Origin: Eledone cirrhosa | Lineage: Eukaryota | DNA length: 64,000 nucleotides | NCBI GenBank assembly: GCA_964016885.1 | Contig: OZ024743.1 | Coordinates: 112,716,001-112,780,000, forward strand | Reading direction: 5' to 3' | Shown: piece by piece, positions 41,818 through 55,659 of the stretch | How positions within the stretch are numbered: position 1 is the stretch's first letter | How the letters are laid out: every line of letters starts with the position of its first letter | The notes under the pieces: generated by a model | What the model was told of the DNA's origin: nothing | Database searches by the model: none | What the model saw: the letters and a program-made list of their open reading frames with translations, nothing else | Position numbers and translations under genes: made by a program

Positions 41818-42389
41818 AATAAGATAACAATGACGATTGGTTACTCCTTCATTTCGTCGCAACTTATTTCAACTGGAGCAACATGATATATATATAATGT
41901 ATACGTGTGTGTGAGTGTGTGTGTGTGTTTGTTTGTGTGGGGGGGGGGGGGATTTGTTTACTTTGCTATCGCATGGATTGTTTTGCAAACCAATCACAGA
42001 AACTAATTTTTCGATCACTGTTTGTTGTATATTCTAAAACTAGTTATAAGTTAGTATACTCTCTAAAGTCAGAAATTGACTTATTGATATCTGATAACGT
42101 GGTAGCAAACGTTGTAAATAGCCAGCCTGATTTCTCTGTCTGTTCAGAGAGTCTGACAAACTTGTGAAGCATTCGTCTACTTTTCTCAATGATGATAAAA
42201 TGTGTTATCATTTTCACTTGATTCTGTTACCATCGCAGACATCCACTGCTTGCTACCAGTTTTGTATTTTGACAGATTTTATCTGTTTACGTTCTGCAAT
42301 ATATATTTCCATTTTATTTCCTAAAAAAGTCATGGCAAGGTAGAATTTTATATATATTTGGCTGTTATTTCAAAGCAGACCGAACCACT

Positions 42390-42780
42390 ACATGTACACT
42401 CCCTTATTAATTTTACTCAAAAATACAGCGGCGAACCTACAATGAATATTTGGAACTACAACTTATTACCTAAACTCTCACTCAATGGATTTACTCAAAA
42501 ACATAGCCTGGAGTCTGTATGTATATTTGAAATCACAACTTATGACGTACTAAACTCTCACTCAATAGATATACTGAAAAGCATAGCCTAGTGTCTGTAT
42601 GATATTTGAAATCACAACTTATGACGTACTAAACTCTCACTCAATAGATATACTGAAAAGCATAGCCTGGTGTCTGTATGATATTTGAAATCACAACTTA
42701 TGACGTAAACCTTACTCATTAGATATATTCAAAAATATAGTATGGTGCCTGTGTGAATATTTGATACCACAACCTTTGAA
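42390..42780. repeat. Minisatellite, ~79-80-bp unit, ~5 copies
   Basis: TAAACTCTCACTCAAT at 42471, 42551 and 42630, with degenerate flanking copies. Confidence 0.85.
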
Positions 42781-43169
42781 TAATAAGACGAATTCTTTAT
42801 CCACTGAGCCATCTTGTATCAATAATCATTGAATAAAGAAGTCTCATAAACGAACTGCCAGGATAATTATGCCATATATTCACTTATCTTTCTCTTTCTC
42901 TCGTCTTCTCTTTTCTCTTTCTCCCTTTCTTTCTCTCCCTCTCTCCCTCTCTCTCTCTCTCTCTCTCAAACACACACACACACAACACACACACACACAA
43001 CACACACACACACGCACACGCTCGCACTTCTCTCTTCCTCTCTGTTACACATATACACGCAAACACATTCAGGCACGCACGCATGTTTCCCTCAATCTCA
43101 TTTTATCTCTGTGTAGTATTACACACATACATACACACAAAAATGCATACACATACACAGACCCACATT

Positions 43170-43252
<83 letters not shown>

Positions 43253-43375
43253 TATTACACACACACACACAAACGGGTATAAACACATAATCACAAAAAG
43301 ACATACACACACACTCATATTTCTCTATGTCTTTCCCCCATCTCTCTATTTCTATATCTCTCTCTCGCTCTCTTA

Positions 43376-43450
<75 letters not shown>

Positions 43451-43740
43451 GCACGCACACACGAGTCTCCATCATTCTCACTCTTTAACACACACTCACA
43501 CAAACACGAACACAAACAGAGTCACTCTCTCTTCAATGGTTTCCTATTAATATCGTTCCAACTACTGTACGTGAATATTTGCACATCTATCAGTCCTTAG
43601 AAATTACGCATGCGCATAAACCAAGAGAAGTATCAGAACCCATACTTCTATTCCTATTTTCCTCAATCGTCTCAACATGTACCACACACTAAATATCTCA
43701 TACCGACCTTCCATCTACCTAGCTATCTCTCTATATACAC

Positions 43741-43771
<31 letters not shown>

Positions 43772-43778
43772 AGATAAA

Positions 43779-43883
<105 letters not shown>

Positions 43884-43912
43884 TGTGTGTGTGTATATAT
43901 ATTCATATATAA

Positions 43913-43999
<87 letters not shown>

Positions 44000-44017
44000 C
44001 ATATATATATAAGATAA

Positions 44018-44061
<44 letters not shown>

Positions 44062-44222
44062 TATGCATGTATGTGTGTGTGTGCGTGTGTGTGTATGTAT
44101 ATATATACATATATTAACTTTATCTGATATAGATATGTATATATATATATATATATAGATAGAGATATACATTTATATATATATATGTATGTGTGTGTGT
44201 GTGTATGTAAGATAAAGTTAAA

Positions 44223-44275
<53 letters not shown>

Positions 44276-44583
44276 ATAAAGTTAATATATGTATATGTAT
44301 ATATATATATTTAAATATATATATATGTGTGTGTGTGCGCGTGTGTATGGTTGTGCGTGTATATATATATATGTGTGTGTGTGTAGGTATAGATTTCTAT
44401 ATCACTGGCATTCTCGCTCCCTTTCCAGGTCCTACATGTAGTGTTAATTATCGGAATTTAAATTATTCTACCCCGTAGAAATGCTGGATAATTATAACAT
44501 ATAGTTCTTGTCATTAGTTAATTAAGAATTAGTATATCGCAATTTCCTTCTGTGATACATAAATCGATAGATAGATAGATAGC

Positions 44584-44702
<119 letters not shown>

Positions 44703-44739
44703 TGAGTGAGTGAGTGAGAGAGAGAGAGAACGAGATAGA

Positions 44740-44786
44740 TATGTTTCTTTATTAGCCACAGGGGCACAAAAGAAGGGGACAAATAC

Positions 44787-44787
<1 letters not shown>
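44740..44787 (-). mobile_element. ~48-bp extreme 3' stub of the element-B family in (GATA)n
   Basis: GCCACAGGGGCACAAAAGAAGGGGACA nearly duplicates 44864-44890. Confidence 0.75.
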
Positions 44788-44823
<36 letters not shown>

Positions 44824-45080
44824 TGATAGATAGATAGATAGATAGATAAATTTCTATTTATTTGCCACGAGGGCACAAAAGAAGGGGACATTTACACAGT
44901 GGGGGAGTTTACATAAATCGAGTAAAGAAAAAAGGAATAACAATAATAATATAACAATAAAAAGTCCTCAAAAGGGAGGGGGCGTGTTGGGGATTGCACA
45001 TACCCCCGAAAAGTGTGCAACTCTTTTCGCGGGGGAAGCCCAGAGAGGAGGCGCTCCCCCTTTCCTCTTCACTTCTTCAC

Positions 45081-48000
45081 CTACAGAACAATGTAGAGAG
45101 AAGGCCCATTTACACGGGCCATTCTCGCTTCTTTCACCCACCTTTCATAAAACTGTCTGGGACCAAGCACTTCTCTCTCCATCCTGATTCTTCTTCCGAA
45201 GTGGTATCGGAAGAAGTAAACCAGGTGATGGCCGGAGAGAAAGTCACCCGACCTCAGACCTTTCAGGCGCGTCCACCACACAACCTCTTTCATCATGGCT
45301 ATTACGCACAGAAAGACCGCCTCTGCTTCATTTCTGAAGGGAGGAGGCGGCTTGATGTTCACCACAGACTCGGCGGTTAATCGAATCGGCGCCACACGCG
45401 ACAGCAGTCGTTCGACGTAGCCCCACAGATCGGCAACGCCCGGGCAGTGTACCAGTGCATGCGCAACGGTTTCCTCGTCGCGCACGCATCTGGGACAGAT
45501 CTTTTTCGCGGGATCCCTGCCCGGGCGCCCGTGTCTGTAGAGCTTTTCTCGAACGGGCAGAGCCCCCCGGTAACACTGCCAGGCTAGGGACCTCTGGAAG
45601 TTGTCCATGGGTCCCGGGCCGAAAGTTCTACCGAACAGGCTGGCCAGTTCGTCCTCCTCCATGCCTAGCGACTCTCCAAGGGTGTCGTCGCCCCTGCTAG
45701 CCACCAACCCTCTATAGAATGTCGAGGTGGATTCTCCACTGACAGTCGGGTCCGCTTGCCAGATAGCCGTGAGCGCCTGGGCACACTCAGTGTGCCAGTT
45801 GCCCAGTTTTCTCGGTCTTTGCTTCACCCAGGATTGCAGTTCGGTGAGCGAGACGAGCTGTGGGAAGGCTCGCCTCACAAACGGGGCCCACACCGGCTGA
45901 CCGTTGAGGAATACCTGTAGATGCCCTAGCCTCAATGCGTGCCTACGCATCAACAGCCACGGCATACCCAGCCCTCCTTTCGAAGGGTGCTGGCAGCAGA
46001 TGGATCTCCTCACCATGGGAGGCCGCTTCTTCCAGAGGAACTGGAAGAGCATGCGTTCCATGATGGTGAGCTTTTCCTTGGGGCAAGGCACGACGGTCAG
46101 GCGGTAGTAGATGACGGACGCTATGTAAGCGTTCGTCACCTCCGCCCGACCTTTCAGTGATAGTTTGCACTTGGCCCACTTCTGGGTCAGCGCAAACACC
46201 CTGCTCGTCACCTCGCCCCAATTCTTCTCCACCTGGAGGTCCGGTCCGAACCAGACCCCGAGCAGCTTCACCGGGCCCTCCGTCCACCGCCCGACGACAC
46301 CGTCTAACGGCATCGGTTTGCCCCTCCACGTTCCGAGTTGCAAACCGACTGACTTGTCCTGGTTCAGCTTAGCCCCCGTCAGCCTTTCGTATTCCTCCAG
46401 TAGGGTGGCGATCGCCCCGATTTCCGAGGCGTCCGCCACCATTACTGTTACGTCGTCGGCATAGGCCGAGACCGCTTTGTGCAATCCCGGTTCCAGGGGT
46501 ATGCCCCGCAGCAACTCCAACTTCCGCAGCAGTGGCTCGAGAGTCAATACGTACAGAAGGGAGGAGAGGGGGCACCCCTGTCTGATGGATCGGGTGATTT
46601 GAAACGGCTCCGAGAGGTAGCCGTTTACTTTAATCCTAGAGTAGATGTTGCCACTGTGCATGGCAGAAATCCAGCCCCTGAAAACGGGTCCGAAGCCCGC
46701 CGCCGCTAGCACCGCATCCAGGTAACCATGGTCGACCCTATCGAACGCCTTAGATTGATCCAAGTTGATCAGGGCCCCACCAAAGCCGGGTTCGTAGCCA
46801 ACCCTCTCTATGATGTATCGCATGAGGTGGAGGTTGTCGTGAATGGACCTGGACGGGATAGCGCATGTCTGCGCGTCTCCCACCAAACCACCCACCACAA
46901 GCGCCAACCTCTTCGCCAACACCTTGGCCAAAATCTGTAACTCTGCATTCAGCAGAGTTATGGGCCTAAAGTTACTTAAGTCGTCCCCCTTGCTCTCGTC
47001 CTTCCTCACTAGCGTGACCACGCCCTTTGTCACAGAACAGGGAATTCTCCCGTTCTGTTGCCAGTTGCAATAGACAGCCTCGAGGAGTTCGGAGAACAAG
47101 ACCGGCATAGCTAAATAAAGTTCGTATGGTAGACCATCGAGACCCGGGGATTTGCGTCTGCTGCATTGGCTGAGCGCTTCCCCGATTTCAGTGGCTGTGA
47201 TTGGCCCTTCGCAGCACTCCGCTTCGCCGCTCGAAAGACGCGGTAGACCGTCGAGGTATGGACCGAAGTCCACATCCCCGTCCGGCCCCCCGCCACCTCC
47301 GAACAGTCGAGCAAAGTGCCTTTGAAAGGTCTCGCACATTCGCTCAGGTTCAAGGATCACCCGTCCATCCTGGTCTCGCAAAGACCGAATGGTGGATTTA
47401 ATCCCACTCTTGGCTTCTGTCACGCGGGCCCAGCTAACAGCTTTGGTCCCCTCGTTTCCTAAAGCACGTATTTTACTTCGGACAACGCAGCCTTAGTGCT
47501 TCGCGTCAAAGAACTGGCTCAATGCCGTTCTCGTCGCTAACACTCTGGCTACGTCTCCGCTCCTAATCGCCTCTTCTAGTTTATCTGTTGACTCCCTTTC
47601 CCTCCTATTTCTATTCGCCGCTAGTTCCTTACTGTAACCTATCGAACTTACTCTAATCTCTCTCTTTAGAGATATCCACCACCTACTGTTGACGATCGCT
47701 CCCGTCAACCGCATCTTAACTAAGCTACTAATCCGGTTTCTGTAATCTTTCTTTGTCGGTAAGGACAAGTTCATCTTCCAGTAACCGGGACCCTGTCTAT
47801 GCGTTCTATCAAGGTTGACCACGCAGGTCACTAATTTGTGATCTGAATAGCCAACCATGATCAGTTCTGGACAACTAAATACGTCCCTATCCTTACTCCT
47901 AACCAAAAACCTATCTAGGTACGATCTAGATTGTCCACTGCGGTTTGCCCAGGTCCAGGTTGGCGCAGTTGGACAATCTAGTCGAAATCTATCGACCAGG

Positions 48001-48519
48001 TCGAATCGATCGAGTAACCCCTTGAGGCTGCTACACCCCTCTCTATCGGGACATGCCCCTGCATAGTCCCAACGCGCATCTAGGATTCCATTCCAGTCCC
48101 CCACTAAAAGCAGGGAACGCGACGTTCCTAGAAAAGTCTCCAGACGTTGGAAGAAGTCGGCTCTCTCCGCCCCGAAGGGAGCATAAAGACCGACCAGTCT
48201 GAAAGCCCCGCCTTCACCACCTCCGACGTCCAGCACCAGTAATCGACCCCCCGGGTCCGAGTGAACAATCTGTACGTCGAGAGTCAGACGTTTATCCAGC
48301 AGTACGGCAACTCCCCCCCCCGCCTCCGGGTTGACAGAGAGATGCGTGCATCTCAAAGTCATCGAAGGCGGGCGCCAGCTGTCTCACGCTGCTGATCCGA
48401 CTCTCGCAAACAACCATCACATCTATACTTTGTGACCTGAGGTCACTTAGAAGCTTTGCTTGCTTCCAAGCTGAGCTCAGGCCACGCGCGTTCAAACAGC
48501 CAACTCTCAATTGATCTAT
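45081..48519 (-). pseudogene. ORF2 of element B (APE-RT-CCHC); a frameshift near 48310, a stop at 47493, start probably ATG>ATA
   Basis: LRVGCLNARGL, VGDWN, YLDRF, SDHK; 780-aa ORF with LDQSKAFDRV, RQGCPLS, SAYADDVTV and CPRC..HALVHC. Confidence 0.95.
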
Positions 48520-50351
48520 TTTGGTGTTGAAAGTGAAGAAAGAAAAGCACTTACCTCTCCGGGTTGCGTAATTTCCATGGCATCAGGTGTGTTGGGTGGA
48601 GGGATGTTTTGTGGTGGTGTGGGGGTACACGTGTGTGGTGGGGTTGGGGTATTTGGAGTTGTGTCAGGGAGAGGGGCGGTTATGGGGAAATCTTTCAAGA
48701 GGACGCGATTCAACGGTTTTAAACAGGGGGGGCTCACGTCCCGTCTAAATTGTTCTTTTAAGGAACGATAAAGGTCCAGAGGGACCTTTATCATTTTTAA
48801 ATGGGTGAAGTTCTCTGTTGAGATAAAGTTTGGCCCTTCGGTCTGCACCATAGGGTTATTGTTTATTAATTTAACCAGTTTTTTGTTTTCTTTATTTATA
48901 TATGTGTATTGCAACGTCTTTTTTTGTGATGCTGTCAATGTTTCGGAGAGGGGAGGCGCAGATTTATTTTTGTTTGTTGAGGGTGGGGTGTTTTTGATTG
49001 GAGTTGGTGTTTGTGTGTGGGTTATTTGTGGTGTGCTGGGTGTGTGTTTTCTTTTTTTTCTTTTAACTTGTCTGAAGGCTTCTCCTCCTTCTTCTTCAGA
49101 AGTTGGGGGAAACTCTTCAGCGCTAGGTGGGAGGGACGTGTTGTGTGGTTGTTTTTTTTTTGCGGGAGGGGTAGATTTGTTACTGTTTTTTTTATTATTT
49201 GTTTGGAATGGGTTTTGTGGTGGTGGTGGTGGTAATGTTTGTGTCGTGCTTGTGGTTGGTAATGGTGGTGGTGATGTTTGTGTTGTGGTTGGTGGTGGTG
49301 ATTTTTGTGTCGTGCTTGTGTTTGGTGCTGGTGGTGGTGATGTTTGTGTTGTGTTTGTGGTTGGTGGTGTCTGTATTTTGTTTGCTGTGTGTGGTATTAG
49401 TGTATTTTTGGAGGTGGGTGGTGCTGGTGTACTGTTTGTGGTGGGTGTGGGCAATAGTCCTTTTTGGGGGATACGTTTCGGGCAGTTAGCCTTAACGTGT
49501 CCCCTTTCCATGCATAAATAGCATGCTGGTCTTCTCCCCTCTACAATTATGTCTATTGGGGTAAGGTCATCCAGCCAGATGCGATCCGGGATTTGTGCTA
49601 TTCTTTCGGGCCTCATTTGGACTAGTATGTCGAGGCCCATTCCCAGGAACGCATCTCCAGTTGCCTTCCCCATTGACAGCATAGTGTCTTCGCCCATATC
49701 AATGAAGCCAGCAATAGCCCACCAGAAGTCCATTGTGGGCAGCATTGTTTTTACTTTTATTCTTTGTGTTCTTCTACCCATGTAGGAGGGATAGAAGCTA
49801 TATGTTGTCGACGAGAGTGGGCTTAGGGAAAGCTGAACCGCCGTTTCTTTGTCTCTTGTTAGGACCGAAATGCTGCCATAGAGTCGGTCCTTTCGTATGA
49901 AGAGAATATTCTTCATATAGTCTTTTAGGACTAACTCTATTTCCATTTGGCTGGGCTGTGCTGGCTTTCTTGACTGGTTTAGTATAGTTCTGTATATAAC
50001 TGTGTTTTCTGCTCTGGCTTTCTTGAATTCTGGGGGGGAGTTAATGGAAAACATTCCGTTCTCCCCCAAAACAATATGTTTCTTTGCTTCGGCCAGTTTT
50101 TCTCTGGCGGCAGTTAGGTCAATTGGTGTGTATGTAATGGATTGCTTTGTTTTCTGGGCGAAAGTTGCCCTGTCGTTATTTGTATTATTTTCTGTTTGTT
50201 TGTTTTCTGTTTGCTCATTTTCCTTAACATTTGTTTTTTCATTTTGTTTGTTTGTTTCAATGTCTAATTTTGTTGTAATTATTTTTTGTTCTTCAGACTT
50301 GGGGGGCGTGGCAGAGCTAATGGCAGACATGTCTGCCATCTTTTCCGCCAT
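48516..50351 (-). CDS. ORF1 protein of element B (gag-like, CCHC knuckle, Pro/Thr-rich tail), ~611 aa from the first ATG
   Basis: Uninterrupted ORF; IIVEGRRPACYLCMERGHVKANCP; homologous to ORF1 of elements A and C (PSY.G, IP..I.L, VEG.R.C). Confidence 0.88.
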   Translation of the reverse strand: MAEKMADMSAISSATPPKSEEQKIITTKLDIETNKQNEKTNVKENEQTENKQTENNTNNDRATFAQKTKQSITYTPIDLTAAREKLAEAKKHIVLGENGMFSINSPPEFKKARAENTVIYRTILNQSRKPAQPSQMEIELVLKDYMKNILFIRKDRLYGSISVLTRDKETAVQLSLSPLSSTTYSFYPSYMGRRTQRIKVKTMLPTMDFWWAIAGFIDMGEDTMLSMGKATGDAFLGMGLDILVQMRPERIAQIPDRIWLDDLTPIDIIVEGRRPACYLCMERGHVKANCPKRIPQKGLLPTPTTNSTPAPPTSKNTLIPHTANKIQTPPTTNTTQTSPPPAPNTSTTQKSPPPTTTQTSPPPLPTTSTTQTLPPPPPQNPFQTNNKKNSNKSTPPAKKKQPHNTSLPPSAEEFPPTSEEEGGEAFRQVKRKKRKHTPSTPQITHTQTPTPIKNTPPSTNKNKSAPPLSETLTASQKKTLQYTYINKENKKLVKLINNNPMVQTEGPNFISTENFTHLKMIKVPLDLYRSLKEQFRRDVSPPCLKPLNRVLLKDFPITAPLPDTTPNTPTPPHTCTPTPPQNIPPPNTPDAMEITQPGEVSAFLSSLSTPK

Positions 50352-50628
50352 GCTGCCAAGAAAGAAATTTTTCGGCAAAAATAGATATTTATTTTACCCC
50401 CTAAAAAGGGGGTAAATGCAAAAATGTTTCCCTAAATAACAGGGGTTAGTGTTCCAAATGTGTTGCACTAAAAAATTTATCCGGTACTTACAATAGTAAG
50501 GGTAAATCCCGATGGAATAGCGGAGCCGATGCGAAGCGTGTCTTACTCTATCAAGATAGATAGATAGATAGATAGATAGATTGATTGATGGTTTTAATAG
50601 ATAGATAGATTGATAGATAGATAGATAT

Positions 50629-50726
<98 letters not shown>

Positions 50727-50862
50727 TGATTGATGGTTTTAATAGATAGATAGATTGATAGATAGATAGATATATAGAGATAGATAGATAGATAGATAGA
50801 TATTATTTAAATATAGAGGGTCATGCACGTACACTGATATTCGCGTATGAATAGGTATGCGC

Positions 50863-50960
<98 letters not shown>

Positions 50961-51384
50961 GTATATTGATATGCCCTATACGAGATTATACACAATATCT
51001 CACACAAACTTACAAATGTATATATAGAGAATATATTATATATAAATGCTTATATGCTTGTACGAACGCATGAGATTATGTGTGTCTATATATACATATG
51101 TACGTACCTTCCAACCTACATACATACATGCATTCATACATATTTACATGCATGTATATACATATACACATACACACGTACGTACATACATACGTACATA
51201 TGTACATACATACGTACATATATACATACATACACAAATACATTCATAAATACATACACACAAGTATGCAAGCAACATGTATACATACATACAAAACATG
51301 GTGTCGAATTCATTCTCGTCTGTATACAGAACTACTATTCGTTGTTTCTTGTGATGAATAATATCTTCTGAATATCAATCATTA

Positions 51385-51810
51385 ATAGTGGTGGATTGGC
51401 AGTTTCGGTAGAGGGTCTGACGCCATGCTTTGCAGCAAAGAGTTATGGCCCTTTATGTTTTGAGTTCAAATCCCGCCGAGGTTAACTTTGCCTGTCATCC
51501 TTAAGGGGTCGATAAAATAAAGCACCAGTAATACACTGGGGTAATTGCTGGCCTTGTACCAAATGTAGGCACAATTAATATTAGCCTGATAATGGTGGTG
51601 GGTTGACAGTATCGGCGAAGCGTCGGACAATATGCTTTATGGCATAGAGTTTTGGCTCTTTACGATCAGAGTTCTAATGCTGCCGAGGCTAACTTTGCCT
51701 TTCATCCTTACGGGCCCGATAAAATAAAGTACCAGTGATGCACTAGGGTAGATTTAATTGACTTTCCCCTCCCTAAAAATTGTTGACTTGTGCGTAAATC
51801 AGAACTCATT
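51385..51810 (+). mobile_element. Two tandem SINE copies (further minus-strand copies at ~34740-34910, ~52310-52445, ~63220-63420, ~63750-63860)
   Basis: SINE consensus motifs. Confidence 0.82.
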
Positions 51811-53656
51811 AACCTTAACCTAATTAAAAGGGTTAATTTCTTTAGATAAATGTAAACAAGTGCTTTTGTATGCTTTGTTTTATATGTGTTGTTGTTTTCA
51901 AGAGAAATTCATGGCAATAATTAAGCAGCGGAATTAAACTTTTAAATAACGCGGGAATTACTGCTACCTACTTCGATGGCAAGACTCTAAACCAGGGCAA
52001 ATCATCGCAGATTCCTGAACTATCCATATAAATTCCAATACTAGAAATACAAGATGGCTAGTGATGTTCCCATGGTTTGTTTCATGTAGAGGGTGAAGTG
52101 AAGTTCAACTAAGATGTAAAAGAAAAATCCTAGTTGTCACTTGCAATCTAGTTTGACCTGGTAGTATGTACCATGCTTTCGCTAAGTGTTTAGGTGTCTA
52201 TGTTGTAGAGAGAAGACACAGATACCCACTCACTCTTCCCTCACTTCATCCCTTTAACCAACTAAATATTCAGAATGTGATAGCTGTAAGGAGAGAAGAC
52301 TGCAACTGTACTGGTTTGAAATTTGTATATCTACCCGAAACGATGAAAGGCAAAGTGGAACTCGGTGGTATTTTACCTAAGAACACAGTGACATGGAACA
52401 ATTATCCAACGCTTTAACGACTCAATTACATTGATCGATCGCCTTAGTTGGATGTAAATTATCAAAATTTCATACATTTCAGTGTGAAGCAATTATCGCC
52501 AGTATGTTTTGTTCGGTGAGAAGAATATGCTATTCTGCGAAGAAAAAAACCACCACCAAATATTCACTGCACACAAACAGTGTCAATAGCCCATTAGATT
52601 CTGTTCTCTAAATTGTTAAAGTCTCGAACAAAAACGAAAACAATAGCAATAATACCGAGAGAGGACCACTGTTGTTACAGAGATATGTGGTAGCCACTTA
52701 CGAACATGTAGAAATGAGTGAAGTATACAAGCTGCTCAAAACATCGCTCAATGCAAAATTTAAACAGAACTTAAGCAGAACTAAACTACTCACACTGAAA
52801 AAGCATTCAATGAAATAACCATCTAATATGAGTCGTTAACAAAAATAGCTTACTGATTTAATTTTATCCGCGTACGATCAAATCGCTAAAACACACCTTA
52901 TGAAAATTGAAGCTCTTAGCTCTTATACGTTGAATGTAATACTGATTTGTGTTGTAGTTATAATCCAACATGTGAGAGTAGCAATGGCCGATCAAAATGA
53001 TAACAGACAACACAACCTTACTCTCCTAAAAAAGAAAATGGATTACGGCAAAATATCAGACAATTGGAGACAATCATTAGCTACAAAGAGAATAATGAAT
53101 TCACAGAAGCCAGCTGCGAATTAAAATTATTTTTCGGCTTTAGTTACTTTTGCTCCTCAAGGAGCATTGAGCAGCGAAAGATCTCCATTCCAAAGTCGCA
53201 AGCGTGTCTCCTCTCAGGCTAGATGTCAGCTCATCGTTCCTGTAGCAATTTTGATTAATGGATGTAAGGTTGTTAATCTCGCGCTCCATCCTTCTTCCCT
53301 TCTCCACACATGCCAAAAACTAACATTCACTGGTAAAGTAAATACGAACTACAAGTGATACGTCAAAATCTGTTTTATCATAAGAAATTACAAACATGTA
53401 GGACTATCAGACGGAAGTTTGCACTAAACCTACAAAAGTGTATATCGCAATAAGTATGTCTATACATTCGAAGTTGTAATTCCACCACTACAGGGTGATC
53501 TAGAATCACTTTATTTAGGGTTGAGCAATCTGGAACGTAAATAATCACGACAACTACGGTATAATGAGGAACGGAATAAGTATTGTGTACATATTTATCC
53601 TAAAACTTCACCAGTGAAACTCTTCTGACATTTGATAGAATATTATTGGATGGATG

Positions 53657-53830
53657 CAGACCTGTCAACTCTCCCCGTCCGTCGGGGAGATCTCCAACCC
53701 ATTTTTTTTTGGGGGGGGGGTGAAAATGGGTATAGTTTTCATTATGCAAAATCTCTCCATTTTGCCTCATTTCTCCCCGTTTCGGGGAACTTTTTTTCAT
53801 CGTTTGGGCTTTTAAAGGTTGGCAGATCTG
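53657..53830. mobile_element. Probable hAT-type MITE (174 bp)
   Basis: TIRs CAGACCTGTCAACT / GGTTGGCAGATCTG; GGATGG-containing flanks on both sides (imperfect TSD). Confidence 0.6.
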
Positions 53831-54239
53831 GGATGGGAGAGATATAGTAGTCAGTTTATTGGTAAAGGAAGTCCACGTTCTACAGGGAAGTTCTCATCCA
53901 ACCTGTGCTAACAAATAGGGGACACTGAACTTGAAATGGCAGACTGGTCCACAGATATATTTCTACTTAACATCGAAAAAACGCATGTGGTAAGAAAAAA
54001 AACACATAAATTATATAGTGCTTGCAATTAAAAAGAGAAAATAATTACATATTTAAAGTGAGAAGGGTGAGATAGACGCAGACTCTAGACCCAATCTGGG
54101 CAGGATATTTCAGCAGTACACTGCGGACAAAATGGCGAAAATTTTGCGGTGGAGAACAGTTAGTGACACCCGCTGCATCAAGCCATACCACTCACCAGGC
54201 TCCTTTCTCAAGCTCCTCCCAGTTTGTTACTGTGAATAC

Positions 54240-54272
54240 TGTGGTTGCTGATATTGTTTTTGCTGCTGCTGC

Positions 54273-54312
<40 letters not shown>

Positions 54313-55000
54313 AGTCTTGTTGTTGTTAGTCTTGTTGTTGTTAGTATTGTTGTTGTTGTTGGTGTTATTGCTGTTGTTACTCTTTTGGTTGTTGAATACG
54401 TTGTGGTTGCTGATATTGTTGTTGCTGTTATTGCTCTTGTTGTTGTTGTAGTTGTTGTTGTTGTTATTATTGGTCTTGCCGTTGCGTTTATTGCTCTCGT
54501 TGTTGTTGTTGTTGTTGTTGTTGTTGTTGCTGTTGTTGTTGTTGCATTTGTTGTGGTTTCTGATATTTTTGTTATTGTTGATAATAATGATGATGATCAT
54601 ATATCTGTTATTGATGTTGTTGATGCTACTGTTGCTGTTGTTGATATTAATTTTTTTTTTTTACCATCACTGTTGTTGCTTTTGTTAGATGCTACAAGTA
54701 TTGTTACTGTGCTTTTTTTATTCCTTCTTATTGTTATTTTCACCATTGTTGCTGTGGTTTTTGTTGTTGATATTCTTATTGATGCTGTTGTTATAGTGAC
54801 TAATGTTTTTATCATCGTTGGTTTTGCTTTTGATGTTGATAATGTTGCTGTTGTTACTGTTGATGCTTTTGCTGCTAATGTTGATATTATCACAGCTCTT
54901 GATGCTGTTATTGTTATTGCTGTTTTTATCATCATTGCTATTGAAGTTGATTTTATTGTTGTTACTGTTATTGTTTTATACATGATGTTTATTATGACTA
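54240..55000. repeat. Degenerate (GTT)n trinucleotide tract
   Basis: Directly visible; source of the poly-Val and poly-Asn pseudo-ORFs. Confidence 0.9.
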
Positions 55001-55280
55001 TATCATTTATGAGTTTCTCCCTATTTTGACCATCAAATCATGCCAGTATATTTATATTTCTTCTTGTGTGTTCAAGTATCTTTATGAATTGTACTTTAAA
55101 GTAAAGACATTTCATGCCATTTCATTTTGATTTTCTACCTTTAAAAAATCTTTCAAAATGTCAAGTTGTTTATCGTTTCAATTTGTTTTGTAAATACGTA
55201 GAATCGATGATAACTTGATGTTAAAGAACGGATGTAATACGAAAGTTTATCCCAAGTTTTAATCTTATTTTCATTTATGA

Positions 55281-55323
<43 letters not shown>

Positions 55324-55481
55324 CGTGTGTGTGTGTGTGTGTGTGTATACACCCACATATATAGATAGGTATAGTTATGGATGTATGCATATATATTTAT
55401 GCGTATATATATATGCATGTATAAAAGAATATATATATATACATATTCATATATATAAATGTGTGTGTATATATATATACA

Positions 55482-55519
<38 letters not shown>

Positions 55520-55524
55520 TATAC

Positions 55525-55557
<33 letters not shown>

Positions 55558-55659
55558 AAGTAAACAAATGTAACTCTACAAACCAAGCTAAATTTGAACC
55601 CGCACCTACGTTTTAGAGAAGAATGCAACAAGCTTACTAACTAGACCACTATCTATATA

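Larger units (their letters stand above)
44848..50553 (-). mobile_element. Tx1-clade non-LTR retrotransposon B, full length (~5.7 kb), in (GATA)n
   Basis: Open ORF1 and lightly disrupted ORF2; (GATA)n arrays on both sides. Confidence 0.95.

Noticed and set aside
42390-42780. Regularly spaced repeats as a CRISPR-like array
   Set aside because: The whole unit is repeated with no unique spacers, there are no cas genes, and the context is eukaryotic.
48805-50415. Antisense ORFs over Tx1 ORF1s (also 13709-14347 and 59713-60242)
   Set aside because: Shadow frames of the A/C-rich coding strand, with no independent motifs.
54163-55029. 288-aa Val-rich 'membrane protein'
   Set aside because: It is a degenerate (GTT)n tract, open in several frames and on both strands.
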